NCBI RefSeq assembly: GCF_009914755.1
Contig: NC_060945.1
Strand: one strand, 5' to 3'
Source: the human T2T-CHM13v2.0 reference genome, Homo sapiens
DNA: 64,000 nt
Shown here piece by piece: positions 34,700 through 47,192 of this stretch (within the stretch, counting starts at the first letter, position 1; every line of letters starts with the position of its first letter). The notes under the pieces were generated by a model. That model saw only the letters and a program-made list of their open reading frames with translations, ran no database searches and had not been told where the DNA came from. Made by a program: the position numbers and the translations under genes.

Positions 34700-36600
34700 T
34701 TTTTGATTCAGTCATTCAACACAATTTTATAGAACACCTCCTAGGTACTGAGCAGTGTTCTTGGAACTGGGGATTTTCATGGTAAACAAGATAACAGGGT
34801 GCTTGCTATAATGAAGGATATTCTATTGTGTTAGCTGTGTGTGTTTGTGTGTGCGTGTGTGTGTGTCTGTGTAGAGTATTTGGGGAGGTGTGTCTAAACA
34901 CAATAAGACAATTTCAGAGAATAGTAAGTGTTATGAAAGAAATAAAACTGGGTGATGTGAGAGAATTTGTTGCTGAGGTTAGGGTTAGGGGTTGGCTGAT
35001 TTAAATGGAGTATCCTCCAAAGACCTCTGCCATACAGTAATATATGCCCTGAATTATTGACCTAAAGGATAAGAAGATGTAACTTATGTGAAGCTTTGGA
35101 GACAGTTTTCCAAGCAAAAGGAATAGCAACAGCAAAATAATTGAACTCAGAATTATCTTGGGTTGTGCAGGGAAAACAGCAAGGCTAATGTAGTGTGAGA
35201 AAGGAGAATATTAGTGTGTGAGTTCAGGGAAGTAGACTGGAGCCACATCAAGAAAAGCTTTATAGACCATGTGTGGTGGCCATGGAAATGTGCCACTTAG
35301 ATCTCTTGCTGCGGGACCCTTCTTTACTGACAGTCCCAGGACTGCCCCTCTGTATCCATCACTCCATTTGCACTAAAGCCATGCTCCCTTTCAGTAACTG
35401 AAAAAATAGGGGTATTGTTTGAGCCCATTCTAGTGGAATGTAGGGTTCCTGTAATGGAAAACTTTAGTATAAGAATCCTCCATCAATCTGACCAAAGCTT
35501 TCTCAGTATTCTGCTGAAGTATGAGACTCTCTCTACCTGATTCTTCTTCCTTTTCCTCATCCTTTTACAGATGTCAGATTTACGTTGCAGTCTAAAGGCT
35601 TTCTCTTTAGCCTTCCTAGCATTTCCTGTCATAAATCTGTGGTGTTTCTACTCTTTTTCTTGGGATCTAGAATGAACACACCAAGTAAAGAGGTTCACTA
35701 TGAAGACACTGAAATTTTAACCATGACCTGATTTCCACTTGTCAGAGATATTTCTGGCTTTCATATGGAGAATAAATTTTATGGGGGAAAGAATAAAAAG
35801 AATGGAAAGCAATTAGGGGATTATGATAGTAATCCAGGAAAGAAAGGTTGGTTATTTAGTCTAAAGCAGGAATAGTTTACATGGAGAAATTAGGGAGTTT
35901 ATATATACGTGGTAATACAATTCAGAGAATTTACTGATGAATTAGTGTGAAAAGTGAGAAAAAGAAGGAATTTAGGGTGATTCTTAGATTTTCTTTTCTT
36001 CCTATTTTTTATATTTTTGTTTTTATTTATTTTGGGGATCAGTGTTGTCTGCTGCCACTGGGAATACTGGATGAGAAAACCATTTTTTTTGTAAAAGTGT
36101 AGAGAATAAATATATTAGCTTTGGATATATTAGGTTTTGGATGTCTACTGGACATCTAAATGAAGATATCAAATAAGCAATTGATTGTATTAATATAGCA
36201 GATAAGTGAAGAGGTCATAGCTAGAGATATAGTTGTGAAAAACAAAATCATGAGAGTAGATGAGCTGACTTAAGGGGAGAATGTAGATTCAATGGAGCAT
36301 CCAGGAACAAGCCTCAGGAAGATGTTTCAAGGGATGAGAAAGAAAGCAGAGCCAAGAAAGGAAGCTATGAGGAAGAAGAAATGCCAGAAGCATGCCTAGT
36401 CAAAAAAAAACAAGAAAAGTGGATGTTTTATATGTAAGGAAATCAGCACTTGGGTCAAATACAGTTGAAAAGTAGTAAGGAGAAAGAAAAGTGACCATTG
36501 GACCTGGCAACACAGAGGTCACTACTGACGGCGACAGCTATTTTAATGGAGTACTGGAGACAGAGCCCTGTTGAAGTGGATTGAAAAAGAGAATGGACAT
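34700..36600 (-). mobile_element. L2 remnant interrupted by a (TG)n repeat and an LTR
   Basis: cattcaacacaattttatagaacacctcctaggtactg start and typical L2 body. Confidence 0.6.
35272..35680 (+). mobile_element. ERVL solo LTR (LTR16-like) nested in L2
   Basis: tgtggtggccatggaaatgtgccacttagatctc...gaacaca; TG...CA ends. Confidence 0.6.
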
Positions 36601-37672
36601 AAGACATAAAAATCAATAAAGTAGAATTGGGAGTCCATAAGTAAACTCACTTATTTATGATCCATATATTTATGACAATATATTTATGGTCAATTGATTT
36701 TTAACAAGAGTACCGAGACAATCAAATAGGAAAAGAATAGTCTTTTCAACAAATAGTGTAAGGACAACTATATATCTACATGCAAAAGAATGAAGGTGGA
36801 CTCTTCCTATATACTGTACAGTAAAATTATCTTGAAATAAATGATACACCAAAATTTAAGAGACTATTGGCCTCTTAGAAGAAAACATGGGAATAAATCT
36901 TCATTACATTAGATTAGACAATGGTTTGTTAAATATGTTACCAAAAGCACAAGTGACCAAAAAAAGATAATTGGACTACAATAAAATTAGGAACATTTGT
37001 GCTACAAACAACACCATCAAGAAAATAAAAATACAATCCACAGAATTGGAGAAAATATATTATATTGCATGTCATATATCTGATAAAAAACTTGCATCCA
37101 GAATATATAAAAAACATTTAAAACTCAACAATAAGAAGATAAATAACCCAATTAAAAACGAACAATGGATTTGAAAAACACTTCTCCACAAAGATAGATA
37201 AATGGCTAAAAAGCACATGAAAAGATTCTTGACATTATTAGTCATCAGGGAAACGTAAAGTACAACCAAATGTAAATCAAAATCACAATGAGATTCCACC
37301 TCACATCCACTAGGATGGCTAGTATTAAAAAGACAGACAATAACAAGTGTTGGCAATGATGCAGAGAAATTGGAACCCTCATACATTGTTGATGGGAATG
37401 TCAAATGACACACCTGCTTAAAAAAACAATTTGCCAGTTTCTCTATTAGACATGGAGTTACTATATATCCAAGAGAAATGAAAAAATATTTCCACACAAA
37501 AATTGAACAGAAGTATCTGTAGCAGCATTATTCATAATAGCCAAAAAGTGAAAGCAACCCAAGTAATCACTAAGTGATAAATGGATAAAGTAAATGTGAT
37601 CCATCTATAAAAGGAGAAATATTATTTGGCAATAAAAAGGAATGAAGTACTGATACTTGCTACTAAATTAAT
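36600..37672 (+). mobile_element. L1M (L1MB/MC-like) ORF2 3' fragment
   Basis: ORF 36971..37174 resembles the L1 ORF2 C-terminus; aaaaggaatgaagtactgata at the 3' region. Confidence 0.85.
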
Positions 37673-37723
37673 GACATGTTGTTCTTCACATTGTTCTTCG
37701 CATCACATTCTAGATGCATGATC

Positions 37724-38023
37724 TTTTTTTTTGTTTTGTTTTTTGAGACGCCATCTTGCTCTGTTGCCAGGCTGAAGTTCAGTGGTGCAATCAGGGCTCA
37801 CTGGAACCCCCGCCTCCCGGGTTCAAGCGATTCTCCTTCCTCAGCCTCCTGAGTAGCTAGGACTACAGGCGTGCACCACCATGCTCAGCTAATTTTTGTA
37901 TTTTTAGTAGAGACGGGGTTTCACCATGTTGGCCAGGCTGGTCTTGAACTCCTGACTTCAGGTGATCTTCCCGCCACGGCCTCCAAAGTGCTCGGATTAC
38001 AGGTGTGAGCCACTGCACCCAGC
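37724..38023 (-). mobile_element. AluS(x)
   Basis: Full length; TSD agatgcatgatcttt on both sides. Confidence 0.95.
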
Positions 38024-38225
38024 AGATGCATGATCTTTCTGAGTGTCAGTTTCTTCTGTTAAAATGAAAGTAATACTTCCTTCCACCCAAGTTCTGGGCA
38101 TAATGACTGAGGAAGAAAACAAATGCTTAAGTACTTCATAAAGTACCAAGCACTTCTATAGTCTAGCTGAATAGTTTAAGAAAGTTTTAGTAGAAAAATA
38201 CAAATGATTATCAGAGAATATTTAC

Positions 38226-38375
38226 CTTTTCCTCAGAAAGGGCTTTGATGTACTTTTTACCCACTTTTTTCTTCATTGTCCATGAAATAGCTCTCATTTT
38301 TTTACCCAAACCGCCTCCATTATTTGAAGTTTTACTTTGTTCTCCACTTCCATTTGTGGGATCTCCTTCATGTGC
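38226..38375 (-). CDS. SAMSN1: SAMSN1 coding exon 3 (150 nt, phase 0-0): AHEGDPTNGS...KKMRAISWTMKKKVGKKYIKALSEEK
   Basis: Acceptor ctag|GCA, donor AAG|gtaaat; 50 open codons with a basic NLS-like stretch typical of SLy/SASH proteins. Confidence 0.96.
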
Positions 38376-39250
38376 CTAGTTTAGAATTGTTTACAAAAGA
38401 CAAAATAATAAAGCAATAAAAAACATTGATCTGAAATCACTGTTACAGAGAACATTCTGAGTTTGTGGATTTTGCATGCATTCTGTGCAGCAGCCTCCAA
38501 AATTTCTAACAATCCGGACATAACACATATTTTTAAAGTTGTCCAGCCCTGGTTGCTTGTGTTACGAACTCAGAAAGTAAAATTCGTGATGTTAAAGGAC
38601 TTGAGCCTCACATCTGCAACTCTTTTAGAGAATTTTGACTATTTTTTAAATAGCTGTATTGAAGAATCATTTTATTCCCTCTTCTTGAGATGAACAAATA
38701 ATATTAAACACCAGGTATAAGGAGTTCTTATGTCTACATAGATGAGAAATATTTTATTGGAAGCTTTAGATAGGCTGTAGCATCTATCTGTGTTGAATAG
38801 GCCTTAAAATATCCTCTTGCTTCTCATAGAAATTGAGATGATTGTGGTTATTTTAAAGAAGTTTTTGTGTTAATTAAATCCACTGAGAAATGTTAGATTT
38901 TTTTTCATCTTAGTGTGCACATTTCCCATATTCGCAAGCAATAGTAAATATGAACTAGTTCCAGCCATTAGTACAGAAATCTTCATGTAATTCACATGCT
39001 ATATTAATCAAACATCTTATTTGGACTGCTTCAGTCTGTGCTTAGGAATTTTGTTAAACCAATGACTCAGAATAAAACACACTGTTCACAGCCACAAGAC
39101 TCTATATGTCATAACATAAAATAATGTTCTGTCAATATAATTAATATATTATGTGATATATATTACATTATATAGAATCTATATGAAATAAAATATCCTC
39201 ACTACCCACCTTGCCCCTCGCTACTTCTCAAGCCTCCCTCGCTCACTAGA

Positions 39251-39369
39251 TCAGTGGTTCTCAAAATATGATCCCTGGACCAGCGGCATTAACATCACTT
39301 GGGAGCAGTTTGTGCTTTAGCAAGCTCTTCAAGTGATTCTGATACTCGCTAAAGTTTGAAAACAACTGT
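39251..39369. mobile_element. MER5A-like hAT MITE (internally deleted)
   Basis: cagtggttctcaaa...tttgaaaacaactg terminal inverted repeats. Confidence 0.7.
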
Positions 39370-41916
39370 AATAAAGTATTGCCATGCTAGCCCCCTTGCA
39401 GTTTCTCTATCAGGTTCTCACCAAGTTTGTATTTGCTTTTGCCATTGGCTTCCGCCAGATATCCAAGAATTTCTTCCTTCAGTCGTCCAGGTTTCTATTC
39501 ACATGTCATATAATAGGAGAGTAATTTTCTGATTGATCACCCTCCACACTTCCATACATCCTGTTTATTGGCCCTGATTAATTATTCCTCTAAGCAGTTA
39601 ACATTACCCGATAATATGTTTGTTCATTTGATTATTGTCTGCGTCTCCCACTATGATGCATGCTCCATGAGACTTGAGACTTTGTCTGTTTTCTTTGAGT
39701 GTCTAGAGTACTTCCAAGCACAGAGCTGGCACTTGATATTATTTGAATAAATGAAACTTCTCATGTAGAACGTTGCAGATTTTTTTTTCTTGGAGGACAT
39801 GTTTGGGTTACACGTCCTAAAATACCTTATATTTGCAAGAAAGGAAACTTGAAGGACATCTAGTTTAACACTGCCCACCATTACTGGTAGGTGGACAGGT
39901 AGTCATTCACTGAATATAAAAAATGATGGGAAACTTCTCTTTAGTGAACTTGAATATTTTAATATAAAAGTTTAACCACATAGTTAACATCATTATTAAT
40001 CAATATTATATTTTGCTTCATATCTTACCCCAAATTGCCTATGATAAATATGAATGGACAGCCAATTTAAACCCTCATTGCACTTTATTAATTTCTACAT
40101 TCAAGGTTGAAATCAAGGCAAAGATTCTTTGCTTAATTCAAAAGTCCTGAATAAAATTTAATTCGGAAGCACTTTAAAATTTTAGAGTTAGCCTTTTTCT
40201 TCTCTCTACTTAAACTTTCTCTGTCTTCATTATAAAATTACTTTGCTAACATAAATAAGAAATGTTAATTACTACTTGTGTTACTCTACCATTTCTAAGC
40301 TTCAGAAAAATGTACCACACATATTTTTCAGGTTTTTCTAGCGTTATTTACAGAAGCTACAAAGAAATTATGTTTATGTCTTTTGAGTGTTAACATTTTT
40401 CTATGCCTTTCTCCATAGCCTGAATTAAATTTCTATTTAAATATTACTTATGGTTTTGTTCTTGTCTTTTTAAGATTTGTCTTCCCCTATAGACTCCAGG
40501 CATGAAGTAAGGATTTTCATGTGTTGTTGCAACAGTACTTCCTGAGTGTCTAAGGGAAAACCTGTCATAGAGTAGTTATTTTTTGAATGAGTGCTGGATT
40601 GTTGAAAAATATGCACACTATTTTATTAGGTTTGCTAAATTCTTTTACAAATTACTAGGCCACCATTATTAACCAATGAACCTGAATGAACATGAGCTAT
40701 CTTGTACAGGTTAATTCCAGAATTATAAACTAAATAGCAGTAGAATATATGTATGATTGTGGAGAATTAAAAATTTATACAAAATGCCAACTGAAAATAA
40801 AATTATATACAGTTTCTCTCTCTCTCCATATATATACACACACACACACAAACACATATATGTGGCCAGGGGGAGATTTATATGTATATATTACATTTAT
40901 TACTTACAATTATGTAAATGTTGATTGACTATACAATTATGTACAAGTTTACTCATAAATGTGAATATATACATAATAAATTAATAAAAGGGATCATTAC
41001 TGAAATTAAATTATTTTAAAATATTACAGATAGTTATATTTGAAAATAAGCATAGGATCTAAAAACCTATTGATCTAAAAACCTATTGATCTAAAAAGAA
41101 TATATTACCTGTAAGGTTGCTGAATCAGGTTCAATGGTAAACAGTATTTTCAGTTTTCTTAGTAGACACCCCTTCTCTGTACTATTTTATTAGTTGTTGT
41201 TGTACCTGTCATTAACCACTTAGCATATGTGGCCCCTACTTTATGAGATAATATGGCAAACTTTGGAGTCAGAGAAAAGGTTGATTTCTGCCTTTGTCAT
41301 TTACTCACTCTGTAATTTAGAAGTAATTTTATTTGATGAAGCAAGCATATTTCTGCAATGGCAAAATAGATATACTAATAGTTCCTATGTTATAAATAGG
41401 TAAATTGTTATAGATAGATAAAGTTAGCATTGTGCTTATTTCATCGTGAGTGCTCAACTAAATGAACATATTATTGAAATTATTACGTAAACTTTATTTT
41501 ATGGGAAGCTTTTCTTAAGCTACGGTTAAAATGTTCATAGTGTACAAATGTGTATGTAGCACTCACCAATGGGATGTTTCAGTGTACATTGAAGTGTGAG
41601 AGTCCAATTGAGCAGCTGTATGCTCTCCTTAACAAATTTACAGTTGGGCCACTTAATCTTGTTCTAATTTAAAGCAATTACAACTTACATAACATTTTAT
41701 ATATATCTATCAAATAATGTGTATAAATACAATGTATGTGTATGTGTACATATATGTATACTCACATTGTTTTATAGTAGAAATACTCAGGAAATTTGGA
41801 ATTGTCAGTGTCAGTTTGAATTCTATCTTTTCGGGTTCATGTTTTGCTTTCCCAAACATCTGTTAGGCTTCTTAAAATAAGATTTTACTTTTAATGCCCT
41901 GCACGGTACTGGGTAC

Positions 41917-42321
41917 TGATAGAGACAGGAAACAGCCAACGGTCCCTTGCGAAACCTCCCCTTCGAGCCTAAAACAGCTTGAAGGCTGAAAAACCAGACT
42001 GATGATCCTGGATGAAGCCCACCCTTTCCCAACTGATTCTCTCTTAATAATGCCCACCTGTGCACTGGGGGAAGGGGACGGAGCTATGGGAAGGTCGTGT
42101 GGTTTGCTGCAGGGAGGAGCCTGGCCTCTTTTGTTGTTATGTGGTACCCTGGGATTCAATCTGTAAGGTAGGAGCCTGCTAGCAGGACTCTTGCTTTGCT
42201 GAGAGTTCCTCTTTTTTTTTTTCCTTTTCACCCGATATACCCTGCCCTACTCACCCTACAATGTGTCTGTGTGCCTAAATTTTCCTGGTCGTGTGACAAG
42301 AACCCATTGCTTTCCACAACA
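41917..42321 (+). mobile_element. MER48 solo LTR (ERV1)
   Basis: TGATAGAGACAGG...CACAACA, 405 bp, 4-bp TSD gtac (41913-41916, 42322-42325). Confidence 0.85.
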
Positions 42322-42483
42322 GTACTAAATAATGGTTTGTTCATTTATCACAAAAACATATGCAAGGCTATAATTTTAAAATGTATTCATTTTTCTTATT
42401 TTACTTTGCAAAAGTGACATTGTCTTCATAATATTTCATAATGTGTTTGCATAACATTCATAAAAATGGAATAAACTACGAAC

Positions 42484-42555
42484 CTCAGTTGAATCATCTG
42501 GTTTTGATAAAGAATTATTCCGAAAACGATCGAAATTCCCAAAACTGCTGCTTCG
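42484..42555 (-). CDS. SAMSN1: SAMSN1 coding exon 2 (72 nt, phase 0-0): RSSSFGNFDRFRNNSLSKPDDSTE
   Basis: Hand translation of the minus strand; acceptor ...ctattttatag|CGA, donor GAG|gttcgt; contains the SLy-family RSSSFG motif (Ser23). Confidence 0.95.
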
Positions 42556-43025
42556 CTATAAAATAGAAAAGAAAAAGCAAAGGAAACTTAGAATTTATTT
42601 TCACTGTCCAAACTGATAAGTATATTAGATTATAGTTTAATAAGCACCGTCTCTTGCAAATACAGGCTTTAAAAAGCTCTTCTCTCTGGAATATCCAAAG
42701 GCTGTGAAGGTATACCTATTAACATTTTTATATTTACAGTTGATCAAATGTCTTTCTACGCTTTTTGTCATAGCGTTAAGTAAGCACCTTGGAGAAAATC
42801 TTGGTTAAATTATTTTAAATTTTTTATTTTAATTTTGCTCTTTGAAGTGGCAGCTGAAGAATCCTTGAATTCCAAACTAAAGCTTCTTGAAATGAGCTAA
42901 CCACAAACTTAACAGCATGTAGTACTAACCAACCAACCAACAAACAAATAACAACAACAAAACACAAACAAAAAGCAAGCATCTGAGTAGATCCACCATT
43001 ACGCCTCACAAAGATCAAGTTTGTT

Positions 43026-43218
43026 CACACGCTGGGGCCTGTGGGGTGGAGGGCAGGGAGACGGAGAGCATCAGGAAAAATAGCTAATGCATGATGGGCT
43101 TAATACCTAGGTGATGGGTTGACAGGTGCAGCAAAACACCATGGCACATGTTTACTTATGTAACAAACCTGTACATCCTGTACATGTACCCCGAAAATTA
43201 AAATAAAAATGAAAATAA
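43026..43218 (+). mobile_element. Very short L1PA (about L1PA8-11) 3'-end insertion
   Basis: L1 3'UTR end; 16-bp TSD aaagatcaagtttgtt/aaagaccaagtttgtt. Confidence 0.9.
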
Positions 43219-43856
43219 AAGACCAAGTTTGTTTAAAAAAAAAAAAAGAACATAAGTGCATTTTCTATTACCAACTCTTGATCATTTGAAGTTCTCTGCT
43301 GGGTATCAGAAAAAGAAGGCACACACACAGACTTACTAATAAATTGAAAGCAGCATTTAGGTATGCACAGTCCAAGGTTGGGAGTAAAATGGAATTTTTC
43401 CACATTTAACATAGAATTACAATGAGATCTCTGGGTCAGTTTCATTCACTGGTTTTGAGAAAAAGCTCAGTATGTTAATAGAAGATGTTGTCTTGAATAC
43501 CTTTTGCTTACAAAGCTACATTTTTATTATGCAACTCAATGTAGGCAGGCAATTATAAATAATTTCTGATATGCAACAAAATAAATGAATCCCTTAAACA
43601 TATTTTAAAATTCTTTTGAGTCATTGAGTCAAAAAATTGATATTTCCTCACTATCTAATTTTATGCATTGTTTGGGATGGTGGATATCTGATGTTGGGTT
43701 CTTTGTGTACTCATAAATCCCGAGACTATTTTCTTTCTAAAGGACTTTATCTTATTTCAAGTTTATCATATTTTAAAAACAAACTGGTGGTACTGACATA
43801 TAATCTGGTAATTTAGAAAATTAATAATGGGAGTCAGTAATCTATAAAACTTTGTA

Positions 43857-44458
43857 CAACAAGGCCTCCCTTAATGCTCTCAATGGGATCTCGGAAATTG
43901 CTACCTTAAGCAAAACCAGGTGTAACAAAATCCACTTTACCATAGGCTACTTGAAATCACAAGTTCAAATAACAAGTTCCTGTGATCTACTTTTCATCAC
44001 AAAAACATCATCAAATTTCTAAATAAAGACCCAAACACTTCTAATGGTAAACACTGAAACAAATGCGATCCATACATATATTTAAGAAAAATTAATTTAA
44101 AAAATTAACATAATTATTTTCCCAGTTATTCCAGCTCAGGGTTGCTGTGAGTGGCCAGAGCCTATCCCCACAACTCAGGGCACAAGGCAGGAACCAGCCC
44201 TGGACAGGGTGCTGCTCCAACGCAGGGCACACTGAAGCACACATCCACACTCCTCATTGTGGAACAATTTGGACACGCCAATGCCAATTGACCTGGAATG
44301 CACTTCTTTGGGATGTGGGGGGAAACCCACACATAAATGAGAAGATTGTGCAAACCCTGCACAGACAGTGACCCTGGTCAGGAACTGATTTTTTTTTCTC
44401 CATCAATATTATTATAACAAAATGATGTTGGAGAAAACTGTTTTTGGAGGACCTGCTA
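43857..44458 (-). mobile_element. MER6A (TcMar-Tigger non-autonomous DNA transposon)
   Basis: TA flanks, degenerate TIRs (caacaaggcctcc/gaggacctgcta), about 600 bp, internal tttgggatgtggggggaaaccc block. Confidence 0.8.
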
Positions 44459-45839
44459 TATTGTCCTTTCAGAAATCACAGCCCATTTTAGTACAAGGCA
44501 ACTTCAAGGGCTCCTAGTCCCTAGAAGCTCTTATGTCTCCCTACCAGCTATCTTTAAAGATTTTTGTTTCCCTTTTAAAAGAACTGAAATAAAAAGATCC
44601 TGACCTCTGGCAAGGGGTTAGCTTGATAGACAGTGTGATACAGAATATTGCCCCAAGGATGATAGCTGTGTTAGACACAATTAACGCCTTTTGCTGACTT
44701 GCCACCCCGGCTGGACGAGCCCTTCAGCCTGTGGTGAGAGGAGCAGAAACGAAAGCTGAAACTGAGAACCACACTGGAAAATACAAACTCTTCTTATGTA
44801 GTACTTACTAGCCTACAGTGGCTTCCCAGAATATGAATCACTCCAACTTGCCTAGGAGGTGTTTCCATCTGGCTGTCATTGCTCAGCAATCACAGAAGGG
44901 AATTGAGCGTATTGTTGTCCTGCTTATAAACAATCTGAACACACAGAAATCTATTACTCTTTTATATACTTGAAACCATTCTATGGCTGATTGGAGCCCA
45001 TGCCCAAGGCAATTTTGTAGCCTATATATAGCCTGTTAAATATTAATGAGAGTAAGGGTGCGATTTCCACAATGGGATAATGGGTCCTGTTGCACAGGAG
45101 GGCACAGAATAGACTCGTTTCAGCATTTTGCTACACTATCTTCTTCCATTAAGTAATCAATAGCCACCACCTTTTAAAATTAATTCTCCCCTCATTATAT
45201 CAATAAAGAAAAGCAGATTTAGGAGTCGTGGTTTAAGAAGGACACTGGACTATTACTTTGGGTTTTGTCAGTCATCTCATCACTAATTACTCAATAGCTT
45301 TATGCCATAGGAGTATATCAATCCATGTTAAGACACCCTTAAGAAGAAAATCTAAATATTTAAAAGAACATTTATATTTGTTCATTATTCTCTAGTTTAA
45401 AAGTTAGTAACTAACTTTCTCAGATGGTTTTATGATGTATAGATTATGGCTTATGACAAAAAAGGACTAATGTCTACTATGAGGTCTGGACAATGAACAC
45501 ATTTATGACTTCTGTTCTTGTAAAGTTTTATGATAACAAGGTGAATTATATGGAAACAAAGCTTGCTTCCTAAATAATAGTACTTAATAAATGAGAATGT
45601 GTTTGAATATTGATAATGTTGTTTATATAATTGTAATGTATTAGACTTAGTAAATATTATCTTATGACAGAAGTTCTTATCAAGACAGAGTTATTATATA
45701 AATAAGCAGTGTCAAAAAGAAGATGAGCTTAAATAAAAATGCTATATATATTTTAGATAATTCTTTGTGTCTGTTGACTTTAGATCATATTTAGTCTTTA
45801 TACTCTACACGAATGTTTCCAGTCTTTCCTTATGCAATT

Positions 45840-47150
45840 AGAAATGCATTTGTAAAATGGCACAATACCTATAAAGGGAAATTTGGCAATATCTAGCAAA
45901 ATTACATATACATTTGCCCTTTGTCCCAAGAATTCCATTTCTAGATGTCTTTATCAGCAATACATTTGTATATGAATTGTTTACATTTCCATATTCACTG
46001 TAGCACTTTTATATTATCAAAAAGCTGTAAAGCCTAATGTTCATCAAGAGGATACTGATTGAATAATATATGGTACATCCACACAATGCAAATGTATGAA
46101 GCTGTAAAAAATTAAATACATCTTTTTATATGCAACAGAATAACCTCTAGCATACAGTGTAAGGAGAAAAAGTAAAATGGAGAAAAGTGCAATATATTGA
46201 AATACATCTAATGTCAAAATTCATGAGTTCATAAGGATACTAAAAAGAAAAATGCATCAGTTACATTGGGAAATGTTATAATTATATTCTGAAAACTAAC
46301 AAATAAAGGGACAACTTAGACATTTAATCTGCCTTTCCTGTATGAAACCTATTTCATCAACTAAATAGTTCATCAACTAAATAGTTGATGAGGGGAAATT
46401 GTTCTGTATATGTTCATACTTCAGCTAATCAATTAAAAATGATGAAATAATAAGATTACCATTTTGCAAACCCCTAATGCAATGTTGGATCCAGGCAATG
46501 ATCATCAATGGCCACTAAAATCACACAAAAGGAGATAACCAGAATATGTGCTTTGTGATGGAAGCATTAAATACAACTAATGAGATATTGTTTATAAGAA
46601 AGAAAGGAAGCAAGAAAGCAATCACACCAAGCTCTGTATCTAGCTACCACATTTAAGGAAAAAAAGAGACAGAAGAGCATGTTAAATGTTACCAAGAAGA
46701 TACAGTCAGTCGGAAAAAATACAGACAAGAAAATACAGAGCAAAACAACCCAGCTTCTTCAGCAAATCAATATAAAAAAATTTTAAGAAAGAGTTAAAGT
46801 ATAAACTGAGAGACTTCAGAAACATATTATCCAAGTATAATCCATGAATCTTGTTTAAATATAGATCAAATAAACCACTATACCAAAAACATCAAAAGAC
46901 AACTGGGTAAATTTTTTAAATGACTAGCTATTTGATGTTAAAGAAGTAATGTTACTCTCTTATATACAATTTGAAATAATCTAGCGAGGAGCAGCAAATG
47001 TGCGGCTATGAGGAAGAAACACAATTGGCCATTCTTGAATCATTAGCTGGATGGTGGCTATATGGGGGTAGATTTTACTACTCTCTAATTTTACATATAT
47101 TTAAAATGTTCCATAATAAATTGTTGAGTTATCAAAAGAAATATTTCTAT
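45840..47150 (+). mobile_element. Ancient L1M (ME/MC-like) 3' fragments
   Basis: aatttggcaatatctagcaaaattacatat...; taccattttgcaaacccctaatg...ggcaatgatcatcaatggc. Confidence 0.6.
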
Positions 47151-47192
47151 ATAATAGCTAAAATTATTTATAAAAGTTAGTGGTCTCATAAC

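Noticed and set aside
34975-34995. ggttagggttagggg telomere-like motif
   Set aside because: Only two TTAGGG units inside an L2 remnant; expected by chance.
41561-41663. Possible 97-nt cryptic exon (TTG|gtgagt donor)
   Set aside because: The candidate acceptor lacks a pyrimidine tract; no other support.
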